DNA of 64,000 nucleotides. It comes from Octopus sinensis. Taxonomy: Eukaryota. The stretch spans positions 68,324,001-68,388,000 of the forward strand of contig NC_043007.1 in NCBI RefSeq assembly GCF_006345805.1, written 5' to 3'. A program made the position numbers and the translations under genes. The notes beneath the pieces are model-generated. The model searched no databases. It was not told the DNA's origin and saw only the letters and a list, made by a program, of their open reading frames with translations. Positions 1-13,352 of the stretch are shown piece after piece. Position 1 is the first letter of the stretch, and the number at the start of each line of letters is the position of its first letter.

Positions 1-91
1 ATTTGTTTTTCAAATTAAGGCCAGAAAACAAGGGTATAGAAAATTCTTACGTTTCGGACTAATTGTTTATCGAAGAAGATGAGATGCCAGA

Positions 92-93
<2 letters not shown>

Positions 94-160
<67 letters not shown>

Positions 161-168
161 GAGAGAGA
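94..168. repeat. (GA)n microsatellite
   Basis: Seen directly: near-perfect AG dinucleotide run. Confidence 0.95.
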
Positions 169-286
169 AGAATACATCGATGTGTTGTTTTACCATGTTG
201 CAATGAGAAGAGGAAGTTAAGCAATAAATAATGGGAGGTAATTGAAATATGACAATACGTAGGGAGTTTGATCACCGTTGTATGTA

Positions 287-1372
287 TCAGGTCATCCCAT
301 AAGTTCTGTTCGATTTGACCTCTTTTGAAAACTGAATGATAGAATGTCTAATGAAATTAACAATTATTTTATGCCTTTGTATACATTTAAACTAATTGAA
401 TATTATTCTACAGATTAATACAATTAAAATCTCTTTGATTAAAACCCTTTCTAATATGGAAGTATTCAAAGGACATTTGAGGCACATAATGCTTTATGAG
501 TACGAAAAAAAAGGAAGCTCTGCAGCCGAAGCGACTCGAAACATACACTCAGTTTATGGGAAAGAATGCTTGAACGAAAGAACTTGCAGAAGATGGTTTG
601 CTAAATTCATAAGTGGAGATTTCAGCCTTGAAGATGAATATCGAACAGAACGTCCAGTTGAGTTTGATGATAAGCTCCTTGAGGTAGTACTTGAACAAAA
701 TCCTGCATTATCAGTTGAAGAATTGGCAATAAAGTTTAGTTCAAACCGTACAACTGTTCGTCGTCATCCTCAACAACTTGGAAAGGTTCCTAAACTTGGA
801 AAATGGGTGTCTCATGAATTGTCCGAAAGCAACCGCAAATCCTGAGTTGACATCTGCTCTTCTCTCTATTCTCGCGAACTCATATCAGCCTTTTTGGATA
901 GACTCGTGACTGGTAGCGAAAAATGGATCTTCTATCGAAATGTTAAACGTCGTAAACAGTGGCTTGATAAAAGGGAAAAAGCTCAACCACAACCGAGAAG
1001 GGAACTTCATGGGAAAAATGTTCTTCTCTCTCTATCTGGTGGGATGGCAAAGGAGTAATTCACTTTGAATTGTTACCACCTAATTCAACAATCAATGTTC
1101 AAGTCTACTGTCAGTAATTAGAGCGTTTACAGAATCATTTGGAGGACATAACTTCCGCAAGCCCGGAGGAGGTCGAAACTGACATTTCAGAGTTCTTCTC
1201 TTTGAAACCAAAAGAGTTTTACATTGATGGGATTAAAAAGCTTGTAATTAGATGGCAGAAAGTCATAGATAACCAGGGAAAGTACACGGATGATTAAATT
1301 TCAATTAAATATAACATTTGATCACTTATTTTCTTAATTCAAAATTCGGACAGAACTTATGAATTGACATGA
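287..1372 (+). mobile_element. Mariner-family DNA transposon, internally deleted
   Basis: 30-bp TIRs tcaggtcatcccataagttctgttcgattt (287-316) and aattcggacagaacttatgaattgacatga (1343-1372), 24/30 complementary. TA flanks both ends (285-286, 1373-1374). Contains transposase remnants. Confidence 0.93.
456..1297 (+). pseudogene. Mariner transposase pseudogene
   Basis: N-terminal HTH-like region MEVFKGHLRHIMLYEY...RTCRRWFAKFISGDFSLED, WVSHEL (cf. WVPHEL), LVTGSEKWIFY (cf. TGDEKW) and C-terminal FYIDGIKKLVIRWQKVIDNQGKY. It has stops and frameshifts and lacks the HDNARPH/YSPDL segment. Confidence 0.9.
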
Positions 1373-2733
1373 TATGCGTGATAAAACACAGCTACACACA
1401 CGTGTGTGTGTGTGTAATTTATATGAGTGCGTGTGTATATATGTGTGTGTCATTTATGTGTATGTGTCGATGTACCTTTGCGTGTGTGTGTATCGTTGCA
1501 TTTAAGCATATGGGTGTCTGTGTGGCAGGGATTTAGTTGCTTGGTGTGCTCAAGCACAAGAAATAAAACAAAAAAATAACAATTAAAAGATTTAATATAT
1601 AAGATATCCCCGAAACGGCAAGAATAATTTCTTATTAAGCATTTATCTTATTTTGAACGTATGCATGCGTAATAGACGTGTTTTGCATTTTAATAATATG
1701 GTCTCCTTCCAATGACCTATTTCATGTCTTTACCAATCAGACATCTGTTGCCGGTCCCTCTTACAATGAATAAATAGATAAACAAATAAATAAATAATAA
1801 AGACTAACCGAGGAAGTGGCTTTGCTGAAATGCTGCCTATATTATATTAGAAAGATTCTCATTTAAATATGTGATTAATTCAGGTCATATGAATAAACTT
1901 TTACGCATAATTTCCAAGACACTCTTCTGTAGGATTGAATACATTTCTTCAATACTATGCAATTTCTTCAACATTTCATTCAATATGCAATTAAATGTGT
2001 TAATCAGAATGAAAAAAAATAGGATAAAAATACAATACAATTAATGACTATGGTGGATTAACTTACTTTGAATACGGATAATTAGCCATCATACTCGTCT
2101 CTAATTAATAATGGCAGAAATTATGTAATTAATATCGACATTGTGTCTGTTATGATTAAATAAGAACCGACGTCGTTAGGCTGCTAGTGAAAGGATTTAC
2201 AGTTCATGGTGCGTGACACAGGAACGAACATTGTTCCTGGGAACACTAACTTCAAAGACTTCTCCATGTATTTGTTGTAGCAGTAGTCGTTGTTGTTTAG
2301 ACCCAGGTCAGGCTAATGGAACACACCAATAATCAGCTTTCTTTCAACGTATTATAGGAAGAGTAAACTGTTATGGGAAGAGTAAACTGTTGCAAAAGAT
2401 GAAAAAAAAATGAATGGGAAAAGTAAGGAAAGAACGGGTGAAACGTGAACTCCGCGACTTGCAGCACAAGTAATCTATCTAAATGGGTTGACATAGATAG
2501 AACCTTTTAGTGCAGATCTGACAATTTCGCTAGGAAATGTGGTACCATAAGATGCATTTAATCAACGCTGTGAAGTGGCATTGTAAGATCTGTCGACACA
2601 CATCAAAAGTACGAAAATCTAACGCAACATGATGATCGAAATAATAGCGTGTTTTTGGGATTATTGGATATGATGTTTCTTCTGCAACAGAGAGGAATGG
2701 CTGCCATTTTAAACTGCCCAAACGGTCCCATAC

Positions 2734-2780
<47 letters not shown>

Positions 2781-4293
2781 TGTGTGTGTGTCTGTGTGTG
2801 TGTATATGTATGTATATATGTATATACATACGTATGTATGTGTGTATGTATGTATGTATAGGTGTATATGTGTGTGTATCTATATATTAGGGGCGTTATT
2901 AATCTTCAGAAGAAAAGAATTTAATGCTGTGAGCTAGTTGTAATCCCTGCTTATTAATTTTATATCTGGTCTGCTTTTTACTCAGTAACTTCACACACTG
3001 CCTAAAGTTAACTGTTTACTCTGAACTAGTGAAATTAAAATTTCAAATATATTCCCGGACAGTTTATTCGTACCACAAAAGTGAGGGCTTCTCAGTGAAC
3101 AACAGAGCATCTACGTTACAAGAGACCTACTAGAAATAGTGGTCAAATCTACCTTGAATCGCGCACAGGTGTAATGCAACTAGAAATATTGGTAAATGTA
3201 GTCATGAATTGTCTGCTTATAAAAATATTGGCAAAATAGTCACGGATGAACATCGACCACACAAACATCAGCAACATCAACGTGTGACTGGTAAGCACAC
3301 AGTAGTACGTATGATAAGAAACGATTCATTTATACGGTCTGTAGTGATTCTCGAGTCGAATAGATATGGCGGCTGATTAGACAGAATATCCTGAACATAA
3401 TCTGAATTTATATTCCCAACAAGTAAATAACTTAATGTATAAGTATTTAAATATGACATGGAGAGAGAAAAGGCGCTAAAAGTTCGTAATAAACCAAGAA
3501 GTAACTATCACGTTTAATCATAAAATAAGTTAATGTATTCACATTGATGCTTAAGTTGGGGAATGAGGTGACGCGTTTTTAGATTGATGAAATGGGATCC
3601 TGTGACGTTCACACCTTTTACATGATAATTATTAATGCAAACTGACGTGGAAACAAATTAAGTTTGATTTTGCTTTGTTTTAATGACCAAACAACAGTGA
3701 GTAATGAAAGTGTGCAAAATGTATACATATATAAATACATACATACACAGACACAGACACACAGACACACGCATTCTAGTATATGTCCTCTTTCTCCATC
3801 CATTTTCGAGGCATAGCGTGCTAGAAAATACATTATATAATGTGTCCTTTTTCCCATGACAACGAGGTGCAATTTAGATAAGTAGATTTGTTTGCTATAT
3901 CTAGCAGAGCATATTGAACAACCACATAACGGTACCCTGATTGACTCGGAAATACAATAAAAATAGATATCAGTGTTGGTTAGCATCATAGTTAGAAATG
4001 GGCACCCACGGGAAAAAAAGTTAAAGTTTTCATGAAATTTTTCAAACGCTTGACGTAAATATAACCATACATTTATATCTCTACTGAATGCTGAGTCCAA
4101 GGAAGAGGGAATAAATGTCACACCGATTCCTATTTTCTTCCCATTAAAATTGTTAACTGATACATAACTAAGAAACCATTACAGATTGCGTAAGTTTCTC
4201 GCTGAACGAGCAGCGTTTGAAGACGTCACGAAAGACAGAAACGTTAATAAGGGTCTCAAGGTAGTTCTACTGTTTAATGGAAAGCTGATGTGA

Positions 4294-4552
<259 letters not shown>

Positions 4553-4560
<8 letters not shown>

Positions 4561-5005
4561 TTATATTAAATTAGAGATAAAACCACTATTAGGCAAATCA
4601 AACAATAAAAAACTTAAGCCAATACATAAAATTAATTAATTTATATTATTTTAAATATATATCAAAATTATTATATATATTATATAATATATATATATAT
4701 ATGTGTGTGTGTATGTGTATGTATGTATTTACGTATGTATATATGTATATATACATACGTACAATGTGCTGAAGAAGGTAAGATCTTTATATCAAACCAC
4801 AAACCGTTCCGCATATACACCTGTTCCATTAAATATATAACTTTATGCTATATAGATATGTGAGAATTTTTTTCGGTTCCCTCGCTCGTATACTTTTTAA
4901 TCTGTTATCTTCAGTGTAAATATTTTTGGGTGGTCCAAATGAGGGTTTTAACTGCCATTTCTAGTGGGTAGACACTTTAACGTGTCATTTGATTAATGTA
5001 ATTTT
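4553..5005 (+). mobile_element. Non-autonomous Penelope-type (pseudo-LTR-like) repeat with internal microsatellite
   Basis: Carries a decayed minimal hammerhead (4764-4814) with the same layout as the 48.7-kb motifs and is flanked by (TA)n. Family assignment is inferred from the known association of Penelope pLTRs with hammerheads. Confidence 0.45.
4764..4814 (+). ncRNA. Degenerate type I hammerhead ribozyme motif
   Basis: atgtg-CTGAAGA-a-ggt...acc-a-CAAA-cc-gt-TC-cgcat. Stem I is atgtg/cgcat and stem II is ggt/acc. G12 has changed to C and stem III is mismatched, so it is probably inactive. Confidence 0.55.
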
Positions 5006-5029
5006 ATATATCTGTATATATATATATAA

Positions 5030-5397
5030 GTGCAGGCGTAGCAGTGTGGTAAGAAGCTTTCTTTCCAACCGCATAGTTCTAGGTTCAGTCCCACTGCGCC
5101 TGGCTTAGTGATAAGTGTATCTGGCTCCCGATCGTACGGTCCGGAGTTCGTTTCCTGGCGGTGCATTGTTTCCTTGAGCTAGATACTGTATTTCACGTTG
5201 CTTCAGTCTACTCAGCTGGAGAAAATGTCTTGTACATGTAATTCGAAAGACCAGCAATGTCATATTCTCTGTCACACTGAATCTCTTTGAAAATTACATC
5301 ATGGGTACGCGTGCTGTTGCACGTCAATTTCAGGAGCTGGCTGCTCCGCTGATAGGATCAATTGGAACACTCGTCGTAACCGACGGAGTGCCAGTTT
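5030..5397 (+). mobile_element. tRNA-derived SINE head (family B) joined directly to a second SINE (family C-like, from 5101)
   Basis: A/B-box-like gtgtggtaag...ggttcagtccc at 5045-5092, then a new A box tggcttagtga at 5101 and the ttgagc...tttcacgttgcttcagtctactcagctg core. Confidence 0.65.
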
Positions 5398-5404
5398 GTT
5401 TTAA

Positions 5405-5487
<83 letters not shown>

Positions 5488-5539
5488 AATATAGCACTGA
5501 ACTAATCAGTGTAATGTTAAAAATTGTAGTTATGTTACT

Positions 5540-5995
5540 ACCATAGTCACTAGCGGTGTATGGCATGATTGGTTGAGACTCGAGGAAAATATCTTGTGGC
5601 AATCTAGTTACGTTACTGTGCATTCTGAGTTCAAATACTTCTAGGGTTAACTTTCCCTTTTCATCCTTCCGTAGCAGGCAAAGAAATCTCAATCCCGTTC
5701 TCGGATGGCCATTGTTGATTATAACACACATTTCAATTTTGTGAGCTTCTGGATATGTAAAACATCATTATTGACGCAGTTCCCAGGCCTGTGAGCTGGC
5801 AGAGTCGATAAAGCAACTGGAGAAATGCACTGTGGAATTTTTTCCGACTCTCTACGCTTTTAGTTCAAATAGTCGCAAGATCATCTTTCCAGTTTCATCC
5901 CCTACGGTGTGGATAAAATAACAAGTACAATTATTTACTGGGGCATACCCCCTTTCGAAGCTGCTATCCTTTTACCTACGTTAGAAACAATTATT
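5540..5995 (+). mobile_element. Two decayed family A SINE copies
   Basis: Remnants of ttctgagttcaaat...tttcatccttc and gagctggcagagtcg...tttcatcccctacggtgtggataaaa. Confidence 0.55.
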
Positions 5996-8745
5996 AGCTT
6001 AGTCGAGTGCTGAAGATTTGTTTTTATTTTTTTCTCATTTCTTGTTAGGCTTCGTTAGCTGGGGGTTTAGCTAACCATACTCAATATGATTAGCAAAGCA
6101 ATGTTTAAATGAAGTATTCTTATACACTTCGTAAAAAGAAGAAAAAAAAACAAGTTGCTTAATGATTAAATTTTCTCAAGAAATTAAAGGGACAAAACTT
6201 CAGAATTCAAATTAATTTAAAATTGTAGTAAACGCGTTTAAAACTGTAATAAAATAACGATTAAAAGAGAGACTACTGTTTAGTAAAACAGTCAATCCAG
6301 TACTTGTCAAGGCCTAAGGTAACAGAAAATATAAACATTTTGATTGGAAGACCGTCACTAATTATGATTAAGCTGTGATTTCAAAAATGAGCATGTTGGC
6401 TGCAATATCAAGATGACATTGAGTGACAAAACACAGTTGAGACAATCAATGTGTAAACTGTGAAGTCAGTGAATACTTTCTATTAATTAGGAGCTACTAA
6501 GACCACTTGATGTAAATATCGATAGACAACCCTACTGAGTGTCCTATGGTTCAAATCCCTTCGGCAGTAACTTGACTTTTCTTGTTTGTTTTCATAGCCG
6601 ATTGTGACTGACTGATTTGATTTACGTTCAACATTTTTGTACTCCGGCATTCATTAAGGATTATTATTTAGGACCATCTTGTAAATTCTGAGTTTTAATT
6701 CATAGAAGTTGAATTGCAACACAATTTCTAAAGGCATTCAAGAAAGGTTTTTTTTCTCTGTCTCATCGTTAACTGTTCAGCAATAGGAGGAGGGAGAACG
6801 AGAGAAAGAGCGCACGCGTGCGAAAGAGAGAGAGAGGGGGGAAAGAGAAGGAGAGAGAAAGGGAGAGAGAGGGAGAGGGAGAAAGAGCAAGAAAAGGAGA
6901 GAGAGAGAAGAATTTCTCACATATAGCTTGATATTTCCAGGTCAGGATAGAGTTGGAATTCATTTAATTCTTTCTTCACTGATTATAAGTTTTAAAAATA
7001 TCTAAGAATTATAATTTCATTATCAAACGTCACGATTTTTTTTGTCCGCTGCCCTTTTCAATCCACACAGCGCCATTCTAAAATAATAAAGATATAAAAA
7101 AGAACAAAAGACACCTGACCATACCACGCCCTCTTTCTCTCTGACTCTTACAATACCAGGATTTTTGTTCTTTATATATGGGTAAACTGAAGGGAGCAAG
7201 TGGTGTGGAAATCATTTAAAATAGTGTCTTGGAATTAATTATCTGATGTGGTGTTCGGGAAAATGAATACACAACACAATAAGTTCTGATTTTTCAATTC
7301 TTCCATAATTACTCAGTACAAAAGAGATATGGAATATCTGCCTTATAAGATGAAATCTAAATTGTGGTTACTAGAAAAAATAACTTCACTCGGGAACTAG
7401 TCTTTCTTAATCGCAAAATATTAACCTGCAGTTCTATCTATCTATTCTTATAATATTTATTTATTTTCTTCTGTAGTTAGCTATTCTCATGATGTTTGTT
7501 TATTTATTATACATTTTTAAAAAATCTTAGCTTGTATTTACTACTGAATTTCTGGAGAATGTCGCAACTGCTTCTCTTAGAAATGAGATATCTGATTTTC
7601 GAAAGGTAGGAAAAAAACTTACTTTTTTGTTGAATCAAAAATCTGGATCAACAATAACAGGATAAAAAATCCCCGGAAATCTATCAACAGGAGAGAAACG
7701 GATGGAGAGATAAAAGAAGAAACAGTGTGAAAAAGTATGTGTAGGTGTGTATGAATGTGTGCGTGTGCGCGTGCGTGCGTGTGTGAAGCATAGTGCGATA
7801 TAAGAACAGTAACAATTGACAGTACAACGAGTATTTGTGCGTGAGTGTTGATGTACTTAATGAAATCACAAAACACCAGCTGTGCAAACAGCAACTGCAT
7901 CAATGTAAATAGCAACAAACGAAATACCATAGGGAGTATCATCATCGTCGTTGTCTTCATTAACACAACCATCACCACCAGATGATGATGATGATGATGA
8001 CGATGATGATGATGATGATGATGATCATCATCATCTATGTAAGATGAACGTCAGTAACATCAAAATTTAAACAAACTGTTGCATTATTTTCTAAATATTT
8101 TCACTGAATCAGGAAAAGAAGAAAAAGGGGAAAAAAAATTATTTAAAAAGTCAAACCACAAGAGATTAATTCTAAGTTATTTACTTTCTCTATATATCAC
8201 TAAGAACTAAAACAAACTTGTTTATATTCTCCTTGCGCTTGGACTTTGCACAAAATTATTTTAGAAGAAAAGCAACTTCTGCATAACTACAAGTATAAAC
8301 CCTCTCGTATTCATAAACGGTGGAATGAAGGTTTACTTTTGTGGTCATCATTAATATAAACAACATAAGTGTAATAATTCCGATTGTGTATCCACTCTCG
8401 CTTGTAATCGAAGCTGAAGAGGCTTGCTACCGCAGCACGAAAACTGCTAGTGTTTTTATCATCGTTATTATTGTTGTTACTTCATGGGTTGTTGCTCCTG
8501 TTGTTTTATACAATCAGCTTGTTTAAACTAGAGAGTATTTTGTTAATTTCGTTGTTCGTGTACTAAGCTAGGACATTCTTAGATTTTCTCGATTTCCTGT
8601 ACCTCAGAGCGCCTCAAAATTCCTTATCGACGGAATTTCAAATCAAAACCTGGAGATGGATAAAATGCCGCTAAGTATTGAGTCCAGCTTCCTCGTTAGA
8701 AATAATAATGACAACAATTAGTGAAAGAAATAAAAGCAGACTAAA

Positions 8746-8790
8746 TATAAAAGGCTTTGCCCCGGGGGTGGGGTGGAACAGCCAGTCTAA
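8746..8790 (+). promoter_or_regulatory. Candidate Pol II core promoter (TATA, G-rich box, Inr-like)
   Basis: TATAAAAG at 8746, gggggtggggtgg at about 8764-8776 and ccagtc about 35 nt after the TATA, within a non-repetitive GC-elevated island. No transcript evidence. Confidence 0.2.
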
Positions 8791-9124
8791 TTCACGGAGC
8801 TTGCACTTGCAGATAACGGCGAGTAGGGATATGATCCGGGGACCGAGAACTCCAGAGGTCTCTTCTAACACAAGCCCAGCCATAAATCTTTCAGAGAGCG
8901 ACCGATACTTTGACAACTTAAGCTGCGGAGCCTGGGATTAAAGCTGAACGCACCAAGTTAGCACTGGAGGTGTCTTTAACGTGTTGGGTAACAAAATCAA
9001 GGAATCTTTCAAGGTTGTGCGATCTGCTAAGAAATAACAAAACTCTACTACCCAACACCAGCCACTCAAATTACACCATATTATCTTCCAACCGAGGGTC
9101 AAATTTGATAATATTACGACAAGC

Positions 9125-9430
9125 ATGCTGCTGCTGCTGCTACTACTACTACTACTGCTGCTGGCTGCTGCTGCTACTTCCCCTACTACTACTACTACTA
9201 ACTACTACTATACTACTACTACTACTAGTACTGCTGCTGCTGCTGCTGCTTCTGCTACTTCCACTGCTGCTGCTGCCAATGGCAATGGTGATAGTATTGA
9301 AGAGAAGAATAAAGATTTCGAAGACCACTGTGCAATGATGATGATATTTCTAATAGGATGATGACGACGACGACGACATTGATGAAAATGGAGTTGATGA
9401 TGATGATGACGACGACGACAACGATAATGT
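9125..9430. repeat. Compound trinucleotide microsatellite (CTG/CTA/GAT/GAC)n
   Basis: Seen directly. Confidence 0.9.
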
Positions 9431-9989
9431 CAATGGTATTATTATTGATTTTACTCCAGGTTACAGGAGTACCAGCGAAAAATAATGAAACAGTTATTCT
9501 CAATAATAAACGAATTTGATGCAGGCCAATGTTTTACATGGTTAAAAAAATTGAAACCTAAACAACAAAAATATCGAACACTAAACTTTTTTCTACTTAG
9601 GTTCTGAAGGAGGATGCACGATAGGGAATATAGATCTCCCGTTAAAGAAATCCTGAACATAAAATCTTGAGATCTTATCCGGAACACAGAAATTTCCAAG
9701 AGCAAGAAAATGCAAAATTGGGAATAGGACTCAAATCTCTCTCTTCTCCTTCCCACTCATCCCAACTGTCTGCTTGCCCGCCTGCCTGCCTGTCTGTCTA
9801 TCTGTCTGTCTGTCTGTCTGTCTGTCTGTGTCCCTGTATCTACCTATATCTATCTCTCTATGTATCTATCTATATGTATGATACATACACACATATATAC
9901 TTAAATGTACGAAACTGATGACTACTGCATTTTATTTAGATAGACATCTTGTCCTCATTTTATTATCGGAAATGTTTAGAAGTGTTTCC

Positions 9990-10415
9990 TTAATATATAT
10001 ATATATATATAATATATATATATGTATATTATATATATATATATATTATATATATATATATATCTATATGTGTGTGTGTGTGTTGTGGTGTGTGTGTGGG
10101 TGTGGTGTGTGTGCGCGTGTGTATGTGTATATATTTTATATATATATATATAATACATGTGTCTGTGTGTGTGTGCATGTATAAGTATGTATTTGTTTGT
10201 GCATAGGTATAAACACAGAAAGAACAATTCATAAACACATATGCACATACACACGCACACACACATAATTATCCTATTAAGAATATTGATCGAATTATTT
10301 ATTCTCATTATTTTGCACTCGTACTTTTTCAGTAGTATATATACATATATATGCATGTATGATATATATATATATATATATAATATATTATATATATATT
10401 TATATATAATATATG

Positions 10416-10473
<58 letters not shown>

Positions 10474-10530
10474 ATATACATATATACATACATATATTGT
10501 ATAAATGCATGTATGAATATATGTATGTAT
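9990..10530. repeat. (TA)n/(TG)n microsatellite field
   Basis: Seen directly. Confidence 0.9.
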
Positions 10531-11099
10531 GCATTTACAACTTAGACTTGAAGACGGCTTCTGTGAAATACACATTAAAATGTACTTTTAAGAACCTCGT
10601 TCTTTAGTTTGTCCACCTTCAGATGTATTCTTTATAAGGTAGTAAACTGTGAATGGTGTGTTTCAGTAGGTCACTCTCTCACTTTACCTCTGTCTGTTTT
10701 TCTGTCTCTCTCTCTCCCACTCCTTCTCCCTCTCTCTGTCCCTGTTTGCCTGTCTCTCTGTCTTTCCCAGTCCCCCTTACTTTTACATCCTAGTTCCCGT
10801 CCTGCATCAGCTGTTCTAAACATTACATGTCTTTACGCTATCGGTTGAAAAAATATTTTACCATTCAAATTGACAACTTTGTACAGCATTATATGAAGCC
10901 AAAGTTTTAATGTTTACTGTCCAGGCCCTGTGTGAGTTTATCGACTTCTACTTAAATTTCAATCATTAAGTTCAGTTTTTCTCGTGTCGGTCTCATATAT
11001 AAGTTCCTCTCTTTTCCTCACCAAACACGGAGGCCACGTAAGAATACCATGATACTTTTACTTCTATTACTTATTGTCGTCATTATTATTACGGAGGAG

Positions 11100-11600
11100 A
11101 AGGCGACGAGGACGACGGACGCAATATTTAATGGCATTTAGTCCCACTCTGCGTTTTGAGTTCCGAGATCCACTTCGACTTTCATCATTTTGGGGTTGAT
11201 GAAATAGGTACCAGTTGAGCACTGGAGTCGATGTAGTCGACTGGAGAAAATTTGTTGATATAGCCGTTTTGAGTGCCGAGATGCATATTGCCATCGGGGT
11301 TCATGTAGTCGACTAGCTCCCTTCCTGAAAATTCCATGCCCTGTACCTCTAGCGGAAAATGTTAATATTACGGACGAAAAGGCGGCGATTTGGCCGAGTC
11401 GTTAACGAAAGCGAAAAATGCTTCGGGACATTTCTTCCGGTTCTTTACGTACTGAGCTCATATCTCACTAGTCGACTTTACCTTTCATTCTTTCGGGTTA
11501 GTTAAGAGTAAAGTATCAGTCAAGTACTGGGACCAGTGAAATCGCCTTTCCTCACTACCATCAAAACCGATGGTGTTGCGCCTAACATAGAAAGAATATT
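11100..11600 (+). mobile_element. Two decayed family A tRNA-derived SINEs
   Basis: Both show the core cgacttt...tttcat(c)...ggg...gtaccagttgagcactgg...gtcgat. Confidence 0.7.
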
Positions 11601-11837
11601 AGATACGTTCTCAATATGAAGAGAAGTAACATGAAGAGATGTAACATGAAGAGATGTGAATTCTGACGTTTCAAAAAGTGTATAAGACGGCTGAAAATTA
11701 CAGCAACTTCCCCTTCCTTTAAAATTGGCGGCCTTGTGCCAAAATTTGAAAGCATTATTATTATAATTATCATTATTATAATTATCATCATCATCATCAT
11801 CATTATCATCATCATCATTATTATTATTATTATTATT

Positions 11838-12928
11838 CAGTAGTTTTATTTTTATAGCGTGCTTTCACTTCACTACCGAGCGCAGTTCTGTGTGCCTTGG
11901 GTATGTGCTGTGATTTGTTGTGATGCTCTGATGGTTATTGTATGGAAAGTGTTCTGCGTAGGATGTGTGCAGTGCCTAGTAGTGCAATTTTCTGTATGTT
12001 ATATGTGTTTGTAAGTCCTGGTGTTTTTGTTATGTATTTGTCTGAATATTTTTTTATCATGCCTAATGCACCTACTATGATAGGAATTGTTTCTGTTTTC
12101 AGGTTCCAATTCTAGTTACCTCTATTTCCAGGTCTTTGTATTTTGAGAGTTTCTCCATTTCTTTTAGAGACACGTTGTCATCTGCCGGTATTGATACATC
12201 AATTAGAAAGCATTTTTTTTCTTCATGATCTCTGACAACTATATCTGGTCTGTTGGCCTTAATTTCTCTATTTGTGTGTATCGGCATATCCCAGAGTATG
12301 GTTGCTTTCTCGTTTTCTGTGACCTTTTCTGGTGTGTGCCTATACCATCTTTTTTCTGTTGTTATTCCATAATGTTGGCATAGCTTCCAATGTAGGTTCC
12401 AACTCTGTCATGTCTGTGAATATATTCCTTCTTAGCCAGGACTGGGCAGCTAGAGATAATATGATTTATTGTTTCTTGTCCATCTCCACATATTCTGCAG
12501 TTACTTGTAATATTTCTTTTCATTACATGTTTTTGGTAATTCCTGGTGGGGAGGCTTTGGTCTTGTGCTGCAATTAAAAATTCCTCTGTTTCTGCTTTGA
12601 GTCCTGAGCTTCTCAACCATTGCTGGTCTATTTCTTTTGCGTTTAGTTTAGTCCAGTATTTACCATGAAGGGGCTTTTCTTGCCATCGTTTTATCATGGC
12701 TCGTTGCTGTTCTATTTTTAGTTTGGATTTCATTTGTTTTATAGCTTTTGTTGTTTCTTCATCATCTTATTCTTCTTCTTTGTGTTTATTAGGTGGTATG
12801 ATTTCTTGTTTGTATTTGTCAGCTTCCTTAAATACTGAGAACAGTTTTTTGTTTTGCTCGTGTTTTGCTGCTATCTGGATCAGTTTTCCTTCCTTCTGAA
12901 GTAGGTATTTTTGCAGTCCTATGGTGGT
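11838..12928 (-). mobile_element. 5'-truncated non-LTR retrotransposon with restriction-like endonuclease (R4/Dong-type), inserted in (TAA)n
   Basis: Minus-strand peptides: KPLHGKY; LKAETEEFLIAAQDQSLPTRNY; CCHC knuckle CRICGDGQETINHIISSC; RHDRV; endonuclease motif NRPDIVVRDHEEKKCFLIDVSIP...EKLSKYKDL. (TAA)n tracts flank both ends. Stops and frameshifts are present. Confidence 0.9.
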
Positions 12929-12935
12929 TATTTTA

Positions 12936-12990
<55 letters not shown>

Positions 12991-13138
12991 GATAATTTTG
13001 TCGTGGATTTACGGCTTCATACTGGCAATAGTTGACTGTTCTAGGGCTATGGAATACCAGTGCAATTCAAAATAATGGTACTATATAGATTTTTAGTGTC
13101 TGTGTCACGTATTTCACAACTATTTATTGCAATATTAG

Positions 13139-13352
13139 TTTCAAACTTTGGCACAAAGCCAGCAAATTTGTGTGAGGGGCTAAATCCAGTACAGCTACCC
13201 TTAGTGCTCAACAGGTATTTGTTTTATCGACACCAAAATGATGATAGGCAAAGTCGACCTCGGCGAAGTTTGAACTTTGAACCAAATGACGGACGAAATG
13301 CCTCTAAGCATTTTGTCCCGGCGTGCTAACGATGCTGCTGGCTCGCCGCCTT
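13139..13352 (-). mobile_element. Family A tRNA-derived SINE
   Basis: Reverse complement of the 14100 consensus: head aggcggcgagc...gttagcacgccgg and core gtcgactttgcct... Confidence 0.85.

Noticed and set aside
2520-2728. GC-richer segment beginning gggaccgtttgggcag (minus strand) that might be a DNA-transposon end
   Set aside because: No matching inverted terminus or coding similarity was found in the window.
8413-8455. CTGAAGA...GAAA hammerhead-like string
   Set aside because: There is no U at position 16.1 with a valid NUH site, and no stem I pairing.
9125-9361. ORF with signal-peptide-like start MLLLLLLLLLLLLAAAATSP
   Set aside because: It is built from CTG/CTA/ACT/GCT trinucleotide runs, and all frames give homopolymeric peptides. 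There is no independent coding evidence.
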